The notes beneath the pieces were generated by a model. It made no database searches. It worked only from the letters and a program-made list of their open reading frames with translations, and had not been told where the DNA came from. The position numbers and the translations under genes were made by a program. Positions 55,403 to 63,989 of a DNA stretch of 64,000 nucleotides are shown in pieces. Numbering within the stretch: the first letter of the stretch is position 1; every line of letters begins with the position of its first letter. The stretch is from a virus. Where the stretch lies: positions 1 to 64,000 of IMG/VR virus record IMGVR_UViG_3300020205_001800. One strand, written 5' to 3'.

Positions 55403-56117
55403 AAAGATTATTTTTAAAGCGCGAGATAAGTACGGATTTGACACGCAACCTCGTCCTTACCCAGCAGCACAAAACCTACCTGACTGGTGGAAAGACGCTG
55501 CTCCGTATATGAAGTCACCTAAAAACCCAGATGGAAAAAAGCTAATTGTTAGCCAAAGAGTTTCTAACGCTGGGTTTAAGAAGTGCTACCCAATGCTCGA
55601 TGCAATGTTGTCAGGTTACATTATTCCTCTATGGGCAGATGTTCAAGTATCTTGGGATGAAAAAGGTAACCCCCTAATTAACTCTAGAACCCATGCCCAA
55701 GTATTCTCAATGCACGGGCACTCGGCTAGGGATGTGCATCCTCCGGTTGGTTACACTAATTTTGTATACAAGTATATTAATACTTGGATTCCTATTACTC
55801 CGCCAGGGTATTCTGTACTGGTTACACCGCCCTTTGGTCATAGAAACTTACCTTTTCAAGCTATTCCAGCAATTGTAGATAGCGATAAGTCCAGTTTAGA
55901 GATTGTTCCTCCCATGTGGCTTAAAGAAGGTTTTGAAGGCATTATAGAAAAAGGAACGCCTTTAGTTCAGATTACTCCGTTTAAGAGAACTTCTTGGAAA
56001 GCTGAGTTTGAGTACTACGATGGTCATGACTATCAGACTCTTCAGGAACGAAACTTTAACGCAAATATAGTTAACCATTATGTTAGAAACGCGTGGTCTA
56101 AAAAAGACTACAAGTAA
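55395..56117 (+). CDS. Conserved-looking hypothetical protein, possibly dUTPase-like beta fold
   Basis: KKC.P.LD.M..GYII, TPPGYS.L..PP, VD.D and KGTPL.Q..PFKR motifs. Confidence 0.6.
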   Translation: MDKKIIFKARDKYGFDTQPRPYPAAQNLPDWWKDAAPYMKSPKNPDGKKLIVSQRVSNAGFKKCYPMLDAMLSGYIIPLWADVQVSWDEKGNPLINSRTHAQVFSMHGHSARDVHPPVGYTNFVYKYINTWIPITPPGYSVLVTPPFGHRNLPFQAIPAIVDSDKSSLEIVPPMWLKEGFEGIIEKGTPLVQITPFKRTSWKAEFEYYDGHDYQTLQERNFNANIVNHYVRNAWSKKDYK

Positions 56118-56155
56118 TAAAAAAACCCCCGGCTAATAACCGGGGGTTTTTTATT
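56116..56155. terminator. Bidirectional terminator between convergent operons
   Basis: AATAAAAAAACCCCCGG-CTAATAA-CCGGGGGTTTTTTATT. Confidence 0.92.
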
Positions 56156-56249
56156 AATCTTTATCTGCCCACCAACAACCTATTACGGTTGCTAGTACTA
56201 ACGTAACAAGGAATATTCCTTGAAAGGTTATATGGGTTAGGTAGTACAT
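56154..56249 (-). CDS. 31-aa single-TM peptide (MYYLTHITFQGIFLVTLVLATVIGCWWADKD)
   Basis: TAATG coupling to the CHAP gene; stops at the terminator. Not in the ORF track. Confidence 0.55.
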   Translation of the reverse strand: MYYLTHITFQGIFLVTLVLATVIGCWWADKD

Positions 56250-56800
56250 TACTTACCGCAGGTTGGGCACTTGTTAGAAGAAGTTTTCTTTGCTGGTGCT
56301 TTCCCAAATTTAGGGCGACCAAAGCCAACAATTGAAATCATTACGCCAGCTTTGTTCTTTTTAAAAGCACGAAGTTGTTTGCAAACTTCTCCGCCATTTC
56401 TTTGGCTTCCAGACTTCTTTGAAGATGTATTTCCTTCAATACACCAAACGGTTCCATCTTCATTGTCTTTTACAACAATACCTACGTGAGAAATTCTATC
56501 AACACCATCTGAGGGGAAATCAAAATAAACGATATCTCCTGGTTCTGGGTCTGCGATGTCTCCATCAATCCAAGCGCCAGCTTTTTTAAAAGCCTGCGCT
56601 CCGCCTGGTGTGTAAACAGTGTTAGGAATTTTTACGCCAGCTTCGTTCCCGCACCAGTTAATGAAACTTCCGCACCATGGTTGGAAGTTAGCCTTTGTAT
56701 AAGCACCGTACTTTGTCTCGTTGTCCTTAGGACCCTCGATAGTACCTAGCTCTGCTGTAGCAACTTCAATAAGGCGTGCCGCTGTTCCTTGATCTGCCAT
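56249..56800 (-). CDS. CHAP-domain peptidoglycan hydrolase (endolysin candidate)
   Basis: PWCGSF catalytic Cys, PGDIV.FD, HVGIV, IEGNT and GFGRP motifs; C-terminal CPTCGK. Confidence 0.9.
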   Translation of the reverse strand: MADQGTAARLIEVATAELGTIEGPKDNETKYGAYTKANFQPWCGSFINWCGNEAGVKIPNTVYTPGGAQAFKKAGAWIDGDIADPEPGDIVYFDFPSDGVDRISHVGIVVKDNEDGTVWCIEGNTSSKKSGSQRNGGEVCKQLRAFKKNKAGVMISIVGFGRPKFGKAPAKKTSSNKCPTCGK

Positions 56801-57210
56801 TAGTCTTTATCCCAATCTGTATCAACTGGCTGTGGTTCTGGCATAGCACCGTCTGGCTTTGCTGCTAAACGAGCAGCTGTGGCATCGATCTCTGCTTCAA
56901 GTTTCTTATCCGCCTGTGTGTTCTTTGCGTCCATCTCTTTGTTGGACAACTGTGCTGCCATAATGTCTTTAGCACCAGATTGACCAATAAGAATACCCGC
57001 AAGAGTTCCTGTAATAAAAGTAGCAATGCTGCCTAACACGTTAAAGAACATCTTGTCATTCTCTGACTGCGCTCCGATAGGCTGGGTTACGAATAAAAGA
57101 CCGTAAAGAATACCTAGAGATGTGCACAGTAGAATAGTTCCTAGTGTTATGCCTAGAATGAACTTTAATCTAGCGTCTAGGTCTTGTGGTGTTAGTTTTT
57201 CTCTACTCAT
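56800..57210 (-). CDS. Two-TM membrane protein with C-terminal coil
   Basis: Two hydrophobic helices separated by QPIGAQSENDK. Confidence 0.78.
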   Translation of the reverse strand: MSREKLTPQDLDARLKFILGITLGTILLCTSLGILYGLLFVTQPIGAQSENDKMFFNVLGSIATFITGTLAGILIGQSGAKDIMAAQLSNKEMDAKNTQADKKLEAEIDATAARLAAKPDGAMPEPQPVDTDWDKD

Positions 57211-57409
57211 TTGGTGTTCCTTCTGGTTGCGGGGTCTTAACTAAGTCTACCGGACAAGTCTGTGTTGCAGTGCAAATAGGTGGTTTACACTCTTCTACTT
57301 CCCAGTTTTTTGGGTCTTGACATGGATATCTGAAGAAACCGTCATAACCACAACTGGTTAATGACAGTGTCAACAGTAGTGTGGCTAGTCCGCAGGTAAT
57401 TTTTTTCAT
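57203..57409 (-). CDS. Small Cys-rich lipoprotein
   Basis: MKK plus hydrophobic core plus lipobox LTS-C; mature part has 4 more Cys (RYPCQDP.NW...C.PP.C.....CP). Confidence 0.82.
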   Translation of the reverse strand: MKKITCGLATLLLTLSLTSCGYDGFFRYPCQDPKNWEVEECKPPICTATQTCPVDLVKTPQPEGTPNE

Positions 57410-57576
57410 TCATCATCCTTTGGGTTACGTAGTGGATAAGTAACCGCCCATGCAAATAACGTTCCAATAATTGCGTACCCCACAATGGTCTTTGCAGATC
57501 CATCAAGGACTACCCAAGCAATGAACATGCCTAGCAGAGTCCATAGTTGATCAATCATGTCTCTTATTACTCTCAT
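57406..57576 (-). CDS. 56-aa two-TM membrane protein (MRVIRDMIDQLWTLLGMFIAWVVLDGSAK...)
   Basis: ATGA overlaps at both ends; two hydrophobic segments. Not in the ORF track. Confidence 0.75.
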   Translation of the reverse strand: MRVIRDMIDQLWTLLGMFIAWVVLDGSAKTIVGYAIIGTLFAWAVTYPLRNPKDDE

Positions 57577-60263
57577 GGCTTACGTCTCCTGACTCCCTTT
57601 GATTCTCCAGAAGCGCCTCCGCCTCCAGAACTTCCTCCTCCACCAGAACCACCAGTGGATGAACTACCTGCAGCACCAGCGGCAGCTCCTACAGCGTTCA
57701 TAGCAGCACCTGCGGCTACAACCGTTGCAACAACCATGTCAGTTGCTTCTTCGCGTTCTTCAGTGGACATATCAGCACCGATACTTCCTAGTGCTTGTAG
57801 TGCCTGCCCAGGGTCGCTAAATATTGCGCCAATTAATTCGGAAGGGCTCTCTAGTAAAACTAGGGCCGCAGCTACGTCTGCTGTAATTATAACTTCATTA
57901 CCGTTTTCATCCTGCCTAACCTCGACCGGAGTATCTTCTGGTAGGTCCTTATACTCAATGCCTGCGTCTTGAATTTGCTCTGATGTAAGGGTTTCTCCAG
58001 GGGCTACTGATTCAATAAGTGCTTCTGCTACCAATTCTTTTTCAGCGGTAGTTAACTTGCCGTCTTCTGATAAAGCTTCAGATAGGGCGCTTACTTCCTC
58101 CGCAGTAACTTCTCCGTCTGCATTTAGAGCATCCATAACAGCCTCGGCATCGGCAACAGTAAGCGTGCCGTCAGATATAACATCCTCTACGGCAGCCGTA
58201 ACCTCTTCAGTTTCTGTGATAGGCTCTGGTTCTGGCTCTGGAGCAGGTTCCGGAGCAGTTTCTTCAATAGGAGGTTCTAATGGTTCTGTGGACGGATTTT
58301 CTGGCTCTGGCTCTGGTGTCACTGGTTCTGGTGTTGTTTCCTCGGGTGTGGAAGGTTCAACAGGCGCCTCGGGCTCTACGGGTGGCGTTTCGGGCTCTAC
58401 CGGTTCTGGTAGGGGCTCTATGGGTGGTAATGGCTCTTCTGTGGCAGGTTCAGTAGGTGGCTCTACAGGAGTTGGTTCGGGCTCTACAGGCTCAACAGGA
58501 GGCTGTTCTGGCTCAGGCACAGGTTCAGGCTCGACTTCTGGGGTTGGTGGCAGAGGTTCTACAGGATTTGGAGAAATAGGCGATGGATCAGGAGTCACAG
58601 GATTTTCAGAAGGTGTGGGATCTGGAGTTGGAGCGGGCGCGACAGGCTGTGGATCAGTGGTTGGCTCAGGGTTCTGAGGAACTACTGGTGGAACAACTTC
58701 TGGAGCAGGAGGATTTGGAACGGGATCAACTACAGGAGTCGGTTCGCTCGGCTGTTGAGGTTGCGGTTCAAGCACTGGAGGTGCTGGGGGCACATAAGTT
58801 TGAACAGCTGCCACAGCCTGAACCACAAGTTGAGTTGCTGAATCCGCCAATTGATCAGCAACAGCAATAGTTGCTGTTGCGCTATCTGTAAGAGTAATTA
58901 ATGTAGCAACTTCAGTTGCTTTAACCTCTGTTTTATCTACTACTACTACTTGAGCAGCGGCAATAGTTTCCGTGCTTACCTCAGTCATTGGCTTTACAGG
59001 TTGCCCTGCAGCCTCACGAACACCAATACGAGGACCATTATGAAGAGCGGTAGTATTTCCTGCAACGGTTCCTACACCAGTCCATTCCCCTGTTGTTGGA
59101 TTGACTGTCATCTTCCAATTTACATTTGTAATAGGACTATTTGGTTGTGCAAATTTGTGCAAATTCCAATCGACTTCTAAAGTAGTTTCGGTAGTTTTTA
59201 CAACAGTTGAAGAGCCATTTGCGTTATCGTTCATAAAGTCGCTACCAAAGACTGAGATGTGTGCTCCAGCAGGAAAATCCCACCAGTTATAGTCGCCATT
59301 ACCAAAGGTAATAGTTGCTTTTGAAGTTACGTAAATTTGGCTAGCTGTTCCTTGGCCCTCATAAATTGTGTTGCCCATCTTAATATCAAACGGGGTTTGA
59401 ATTTTAGTCGCACCGTCGTACATAACTGGCAAAGTAGTTGTGGTAACTGTTGGAGTTTCAGGGGTAACAGGAGCAACGTATCCGGTTGTTGTGTACACCT
59501 TAGTATTCTCTGTTGCGGTTGTTAGCACCTCTAAAGCAGTCTGGGCGTTAGTTAAATTTGTAGTGGCTGTAGCTACAACAGCTGTCTGAGAGTCCACAGC
59601 CTGCACAGCTATTACAGCTACGGCTGTAGCGCTCTCGGCAACAGCAAGGGCTGTAGTGGCAGCTGTGATTTCAGGGGCTGCTGAGGAAACTGCTGCTGCA
59701 GTTGCCGTCTCAACAGCTGCTGTCAATGTTACAGTTGCGCTTTCAATTTTTTCTTGAACGGAGGCTATTGATGGAGTTTCTGGAGTCGTGGCAGGGGTTG
59801 TTGTGGTCGTTGTACCTTCTGTTGACTGGGTGGATTGTTGGGTGGATTCAGACGAGGGAGCCGTTGATTCGGAAGGTGAAGGCTCTGGAGTCGGGGTTGG
59901 AGTTGGACTCGGTTCAGAAGATGGAGCGGATTCTGATGTTGGAAGAGGAGTTGCGCTGGTCGAAGGCGAAGGTTCAGGCGCAGGAGTCGGACTTGGATCG
60001 GATGCAGAAGAAGTTGGTGTGGAGCTCGGGGATGGACTTGCCTCAGCAGAATATGTCGTACTGGAGGTTTGAGGGTCCGAAGTTGCAGAAGAGGGTTGTG
60101 GACTTGGAGATGGAGTTGGAGTCGCTTCGTTCGAAGACGGTGTGGAAGCAGGACTAACTGCAACCGTATCTACAGTCGGATCTGTTGCTTCTGCTGAATT
60201 TTGTCCCAATATAAGCAGGAATAGTGCGAGGATTAGTGCTGCGAATATGCGCAGTGCGATTAT
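57573..60263 (-). CDS. Large secreted/surface mucin-like protein (S/T/P stalk, coiled coil with beta insert, P/E stalk, acidic repeats, C-terminal anchor)
   Basis: Frame open to TAA at 60264-66. The upstream extension IIALRIFAALILALFLLILGQNSAEA is a signal peptide with AAGGAGAG RBS at 60268-75. C-terminal hydrophobic A/G stretch is followed by RRRKP. Confidence 0.8.
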   Translation of the reverse strand: MIALRIFAALILALFLLILGQNSAEATDPTVDTVAVSPASTPSSNEATPTPSPSPQPSSATSDPQTSSTTYSAEASPSPSSTPTSSASDPSPTPAPEPSPSTSATPLPTSESAPSSEPSPTPTPTPEPSPSESTAPSSESTQQSTQSTEGTTTTTTPATTPETPSIASVQEKIESATVTLTAAVETATAAAVSSAAPEITAATTALAVAESATAVAVIAVQAVDSQTAVVATATTNLTNAQTALEVLTTATENTKVYTTTGYVAPVTPETPTVTTTTLPVMYDGATKIQTPFDIKMGNTIYEGQGTASQIYVTSKATITFGNGDYNWWDFPAGAHISVFGSDFMNDNANGSSTVVKTTETTLEVDWNLHKFAQPNSPITNVNWKMTVNPTTGEWTGVGTVAGNTTALHNGPRIGVREAAGQPVKPMTEVSTETIAAAQVVVVDKTEVKATEVATLITLTDSATATIAVADQLADSATQLVVQAVAAVQTYVPPAPPVLEPQPQQPSEPTPVVDPVPNPPAPEVVPPVVPQNPEPTTDPQPVAPAPTPDPTPSENPVTPDPSPISPNPVEPLPPTPEVEPEPVPEPEQPPVEPVEPEPTPVEPPTEPATEEPLPPIEPLPEPVEPETPPVEPEAPVEPSTPEETTPEPVTPEPEPENPSTEPLEPPIEETAPEPAPEPEPEPITETEEVTAAVEDVISDGTLTVADAEAVMDALNADGEVTAEEVSALSEALSEDGKLTTAEKELVAEALIESVAPGETLTSEQIQDAGIEYKDLPEDTPVEVRQDENGNEVIITADVAAALVLLESPSELIGAIFSDPGQALQALGSIGADMSTEEREEATDMVVATVVAAGAAMNAVGAAAGAAGSSSTGGSGGGGSSGGGGASGESKGVRRRKP

Positions 60264-60357
60264 TTATCTCTCCTTAAGAACTATGCTCATACTTTAACAT
60301 GACACGGTGTATTTTGTGTATCATAGTTACCCTTACAACTTGATTTTTGGAGACTTA

Positions 60358-60564
60358 ATGACACCTCAAGACTGGGCAGCGTTTGCGCTCTCAATAACTT
60401 CTTTAATCGGCGCATTTGCAATAATGATTCGGTGGATGGTTAAACATTACTTATCCGAACTTAAACCTAATTCTGGCAGCAGTTTAAAAGACGCCGTTAA
60501 TAGGTTGGAATCAAGAATTGACGACCTATACTTTATGCTCGCAGATCGAAACAACAAGGAGTAA
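60358..60564 (+). CDS. Single-TM + coiled-coil protein (holin-associated membrane protein)
   Basis: GGAG RBS before ATG 60358; TM followed by ELKPNSGSSLKD.V.RLE..ID motif. Confidence 0.72.
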   Translation: MTPQDWAAFALSITSLIGAFAIMIRWMVKHYLSELKPNSGSSLKDAVNRLESRIDDLYFMLADRNNKE

Positions 60565-60566
60565 TT

Positions 60567-60854
60567 ATGAAACTAGATCCAAAATTAACAGCAGCACTTT
60601 CATCTTATGGCCGCGCATTTTTAGCAGCGGCGCTCGCAGTATGGAGCACAGGAAATCATGACCTTAAGGGTCTAGCCGCAGCAGGAGCTGCAGCAGTTCT
60701 TCCTGTAGTACTTCGTGCTTTGAATCCAAAGGACCCAGCATTTGGCCTAGTAAAGCTTGCTTTGCCAGAAGTTGAGAAGCAATTGGCGTCTATTTTGGCA
60801 GATTCAAACAAGAAAGCTGCAACTAAGAAAGCCACAGCCAAGAAGACGAAGTAA
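60567..60854 (+). CDS. Holin-like protein
   Basis: SY.RAF.AA.LA...A..AAV.PV.LR.LNP.D.AFG with two TMs and a Lys-rich tail. Confidence 0.68.
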   Translation: MKLDPKLTAALSSYGRAFLAAALAVWSTGNHDLKGLAAAGAAAVLPVVLRALNPKDPAFGLVKLALPEVEKQLASILADSNKKAATKKATAKKTK

Positions 60855-60863
60855 ACTTTAGGC

Positions 60864-61397
60864 ATGCCTCAATCACATCAAAACTGGCAATACCTAGGAG
60901 CTAGCGGTTACATTGGTGCCTACACCACTACAGGTGGTGGCGGTACTCCAATCGTACCTCGCAGCTCTATGGATTTCTTGCGTCTTGGTGTAGGTCGAAC
61001 CCCTTCCGCAGAGTATCCAGACGGTTACTTGGGAACAATTCGTTCTCGACGTGATGATAAGGGCAACGGTTCAGACACCGTCCTAGATTCTTTGAAGTCT
61101 AGACAGACTCAACGAGGCTACCAACGAGGTGTGCACAAAGGTGAGCGTATTGATCCAGGTCAATATATGTGGCCCGATAACTTAAAGCCAGATCGCAGAC
61201 TTAATCTACGAGTAAAAGAAGTAGATTTAGATGGTGGACTAACTATGAACGTAGTTCGTGATGCCCCTAAGTTTGACTTAGCCCCAGCTCCACACTTAGT
61301 TAATGATGGTAAAGCAAACGTTTCAGCAAACGTACCGGCTGAGTTTAACCCTAGAGTGGCCCATCAGTTTACCCACTTAAAGCCACGGTGGAACTAA
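60864..61397 (+). CDS. Hypothetical protein
   Basis: AEYPDGYLGT..RR.D and Y.RGVHKGERID motifs; TAAACT -10 box 6 nt upstream. Confidence 0.75.
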   Translation: MPQSHQNWQYLGASGYIGAYTTTGGGGTPIVPRSSMDFLRLGVGRTPSAEYPDGYLGTIRSRRDDKGNGSDTVLDSLKSRQTQRGYQRGVHKGERIDPGQYMWPDNLKPDRRLNLRVKEVDLDGGLTMNVVRDAPKFDLAPAPHLVNDGKANVSANVPAEFNPRVAHQFTHLKPRWN

Positions 61398-61657
61398 TGT
61401 CAGAGTTATACGATCAAAATCAAGATCCTAAAGAGGATAAGCCTTTTACATTTAGAGATGCCCACCATCTTGCAGGTCGCATGACCATCATGTCTCGCAG
61501 CGGTGTGGGGCCTCCTAGAAAAAATATGGGGCACGGAGCAGAGTGCCACGAATGTAGCCAAGGTATTTTTGAAGATACTGAAAAAGAATTAAGTAGAGAC
61601 AGTCATTTTAAAAAGGCTATGAGCAAACATAACGATAATTTAGGGGAGGGTAACTAA
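61397..61657 (+). CDS. Hypothetical protein
   Basis: TAATG coupling; HG.ECHEC. Confidence 0.6.
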   Translation: MSELYDQNQDPKEDKPFTFRDAHHLAGRMTIMSRSGVGPPRKNMGHGAECHECSQGIFEDTEKELSRDSHFKKAMSKHNDNLGEGN

Positions 61658-62469
61658 TGGCTACAGAAAGACCTGCCGTCCCTATGCCTACTTTTACTAA
61701 CGTAGACTCTACTCCAAGTCGGTCATCTAACTTTGAAAGCTCGACAGCTCCAAAAGGAGAAATAGTTAACTCTGCTGCAGTAGCTCCACGAGCTGCCAAA
61801 GCAACTGACGAAACTCCAATTACTCGCGCAAACTTGTCTATGAAACCAGAGCCTCGTGCTTCTGAGAAGTCACCAACACCTGTAGATGAAGATGGCATTC
61901 CCTTTTTAACCAACGAAGGTCCAGAAGGAACATCTTTAAAGCATGCATTGGGTATCACCGGAAACACCGATGCGCGTAGATCAAGCTATAGCCCAATCCC
62001 GCAGTATATAACTATAACTAAGCCCTCTTCTGGACCCGCTACTAAACCAGGTCGAGCAAAGAAATTAGACACTACGACTGTTGATAATAAATATGGCGGT
62101 ACAAGAGAAGATGTAGGCAACAGCCGTACTTACTATAAGCTTAGCGATATTGTAAATCACCTTGCTTCACGTAAGCATATGTCAGATAAAGATGCCGCCC
62201 TTCACCAAGAGTATTCAGCCCGTTTAGAAGGTCATCAAAAGAAAATTGAAGCTCTTAAAGCCGCGGGAGAAACTGTACCTACGCTTAAAGATAACCGTAC
62301 ATTTATTAATAGCACATATCATTTGCCTAAAGGCCGAGCACATTCTTCGTTTATCACAACCGGTGGTGGCCGTAAAAAGGTTCAATTTACAACTCAAAAT
62401 ATTGCTGATGCAATTAAAAAAGCTGGTGGTGTTCACCTAGCTACACGCTACCCTTACACAGAGGAGTAA
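61657..62469 (+). CDS. Hypothetical protein (disordered N-terminus, basic C-terminus)
   Basis: GGAGG RBS; 270-aa ORF. Confidence 0.7.
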   Translation: MATERPAVPMPTFTNVDSTPSRSSNFESSTAPKGEIVNSAAVAPRAAKATDETPITRANLSMKPEPRASEKSPTPVDEDGIPFLTNEGPEGTSLKHALGITGNTDARRSSYSPIPQYITITKPSSGPATKPGRAKKLDTTTVDNKYGGTREDVGNSRTYYKLSDIVNHLASRKHMSDKDAALHQEYSARLEGHQKKIEALKAAGETVPTLKDNRTFINSTYHLPKGRAHSSFITTGGGRKKVQFTTQNIADAIKKAGGVHLATRYPYTEE

Positions 62470-62472
62470 CCT

Positions 62473-62826
62473 ATGCCAGGATCACAAGATAGTGTTTATG
62501 ACCACAGTAAGCCTCGTGACATTGTCGATAACGGCCCTAAGATCCGTTACGACTACATGGGACCTTTTGCTAGTACAACCGAAGCTTTATTAACTAGAGC
62601 TGTTCGTTCTGTAACTTTGCCTAAAGAGATGGTTCAAGACATTGTTCGTCCACCCCTACCTCAAATTCAACTGTTCCCGCCACGGTTTGGGTACAGAACC
62701 CGTCAACTAGGAATCATGGACGTAATGAATGTAGACGAACAGTTTGAGCCTACTCGCGTAGATTTTTCTGGATCACCTACATCTATGCAAGGTACTTCAC
62801 GAAATATGACTGAAGGAATCTGGTAA
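62473..62826 (+). CDS. Hypothetical protein
   Basis: GAGGAG RBS. Confidence 0.7.
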   Translation: MPGSQDSVYDHSKPRDIVDNGPKIRYDYMGPFASTTEALLTRAVRSVTLPKEMVQDIVRPPLPQIQLFPPRFGYRTRQLGIMDVMNVDEQFEPTRVDFSGSPTSMQGTSRNMTEGIW

Positions 62827-62996
62827 TGGAAGAGGAATACACTACTGAAACTATCTATGACGGTAGTGTTCTTTGTCCCAAATGCGGAATGTTTATGAAT
62901 CCTTTGGAAGCAATGTACACAGATGGTAAAATGTGTCCAGCCTGCCGTAATGATCTTTATGGCAAACATATGAGGAGTCGGATGAATGGCGACTAA
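62826..62996 (+). CDS. 56-aa zinc-finger protein
   Basis: CPKCG...CPACR; TAATG coupling. Not in the ORF track. Confidence 0.7.
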   Translation: MEEEYTTETIYDGSVLCPKCGMFMNPLEAMYTDGKMCPACRNDLYGKHMRSRMNGD

Positions 62997-63282
62997 AGCG
63001 AATTCTGGGGGCAAAGCCCCACGTCCTAAATCTATGGGCCCTAAGATGACAAAGTCTGGGGCACCTAAGCCTAGGATTACTAAACCAAAGGGTGAGACTA
63101 AAACCTTTGCATCAGTAGAGAGCTGGGAAAAGAAATCTACCGGCCATTGGACATCCGGCCAGTCCAGTGCCCTTAACCCCGGGTCAACCGCAGCCATAAC
63201 CCGACGTCGAAGCTCTAAGAAGTATCAAGCAATGAACAAGAAGGTTATTAGGCCTAGAGTTCGTAAACAGGCAGACAGATAA
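62986..63282 (+). CDS. Highly basic hypothetical protein
   Basis: GAGGAG RBS; K/R/P-rich. Confidence 0.65.
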   Translation: MATKANSGGKAPRPKSMGPKMTKSGAPKPRITKPKGETKTFASVESWEKKSTGHWTSGQSSALNPGSTAAITRRRSSKKYQAMNKKVIRPRVRKQADR

Positions 63283-63306
63283 TAAAACTAGAGAGATACT
63301 GTGCTT

Positions 63307-63435
63307 ATGGGAAAACTAGTAGACCACGAAGGCAAGCCTGCCAAGTATAAGGTCGCGCCCTTAAAGATTAAAACTGCTGCCCAGGCAGCAAAAGAAAAAG
63401 AAGCTGCAAAAGCTAAGAAAGCGGTGAAGAAATGA
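63307..63435 (+). CDS. 42-aa Lys/Ala-rich peptide
   Basis: MGKLVDHEGKPAKYK...KAKKAVKK; ATGA overlap with the next gene. Confidence 0.55.
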   Translation: MGKLVDHEGKPAKYKVAPLKIKTAAQAAKEKEAAKAKKAVKK

Positions 63436-63989
63436 AGTTTGTACCTCGTCGTGAAACTGGGCGCAAAGCTTTTAAGTTTGGTAATTTAGGCGTTTTAGGT
63501 GGAAAGAACGGCGCATCAGTAAGTCTGTGGGATGCAGCAGACGGTCAGCGTCCTGGTCCACAACCAGCTGATGGCTTTGATAGAGCAAGTTATTCTAAAA
63601 CATCGCCAAAATCAAAGAGAGAAGAAGGCGCACCTGATTACCATCCAAAGAAGGAACACGCTTGGGAAGGCGACGTAGATAGCTACGGTCGCAAGGGTGC
63701 TATGAAAGATAAGCCTAGTTATGGACCAACTGATCGAGCAGAAACTCCAGAAGAAGAAACAGCTCGCGGAGCGCGTATGGAAGTAAGTGATACTGTAACA
63801 CTTCTTGGCAGCACAAAAAATGGTCCTTATAAAACTCGTGCCCCTATTGATGCAGACACACGTAGTAGAGGCAAAGCAATTGTTAAACAAAATAAAGATA
63901 GAGGAAAGCCTAAGTCGCTACCAACTAGAGACGATGTTGATAAAGCTACGGCAAAGCCTAAAAAGAGTACAAGTTTGTGGGATGACTAA
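63432..63989 (+). CDS. Charged, low-complexity hypothetical protein
   Basis: 185-aa ORF containing SLWD twice. Confidence 0.65.
   Translation: MKFVPRRETGRKAFKFGNLGVLGGKNGASVSLWDAADGQRPGPQPADGFDRASYSKTSPKSKREEGAPDYHPKKEHAWEGDVDSYGRKGAMKDKPSYGPTDRAETPEEETARGARMEVSDTVTLLGSTKNGPYKTRAPIDADTRSRGKAIVKQNKDRGKPKSLPTRDDVDKATAKPKKSTSLWDD

Noticed and set aside
57547-60163. Overlapping ORFs (57547, 58057, 59702, 59765, 59788) on the Pro-rich gene
   Set aside because: Antisense or alternate-frame shadows of low-complexity Pro/Glu/Ser codons.
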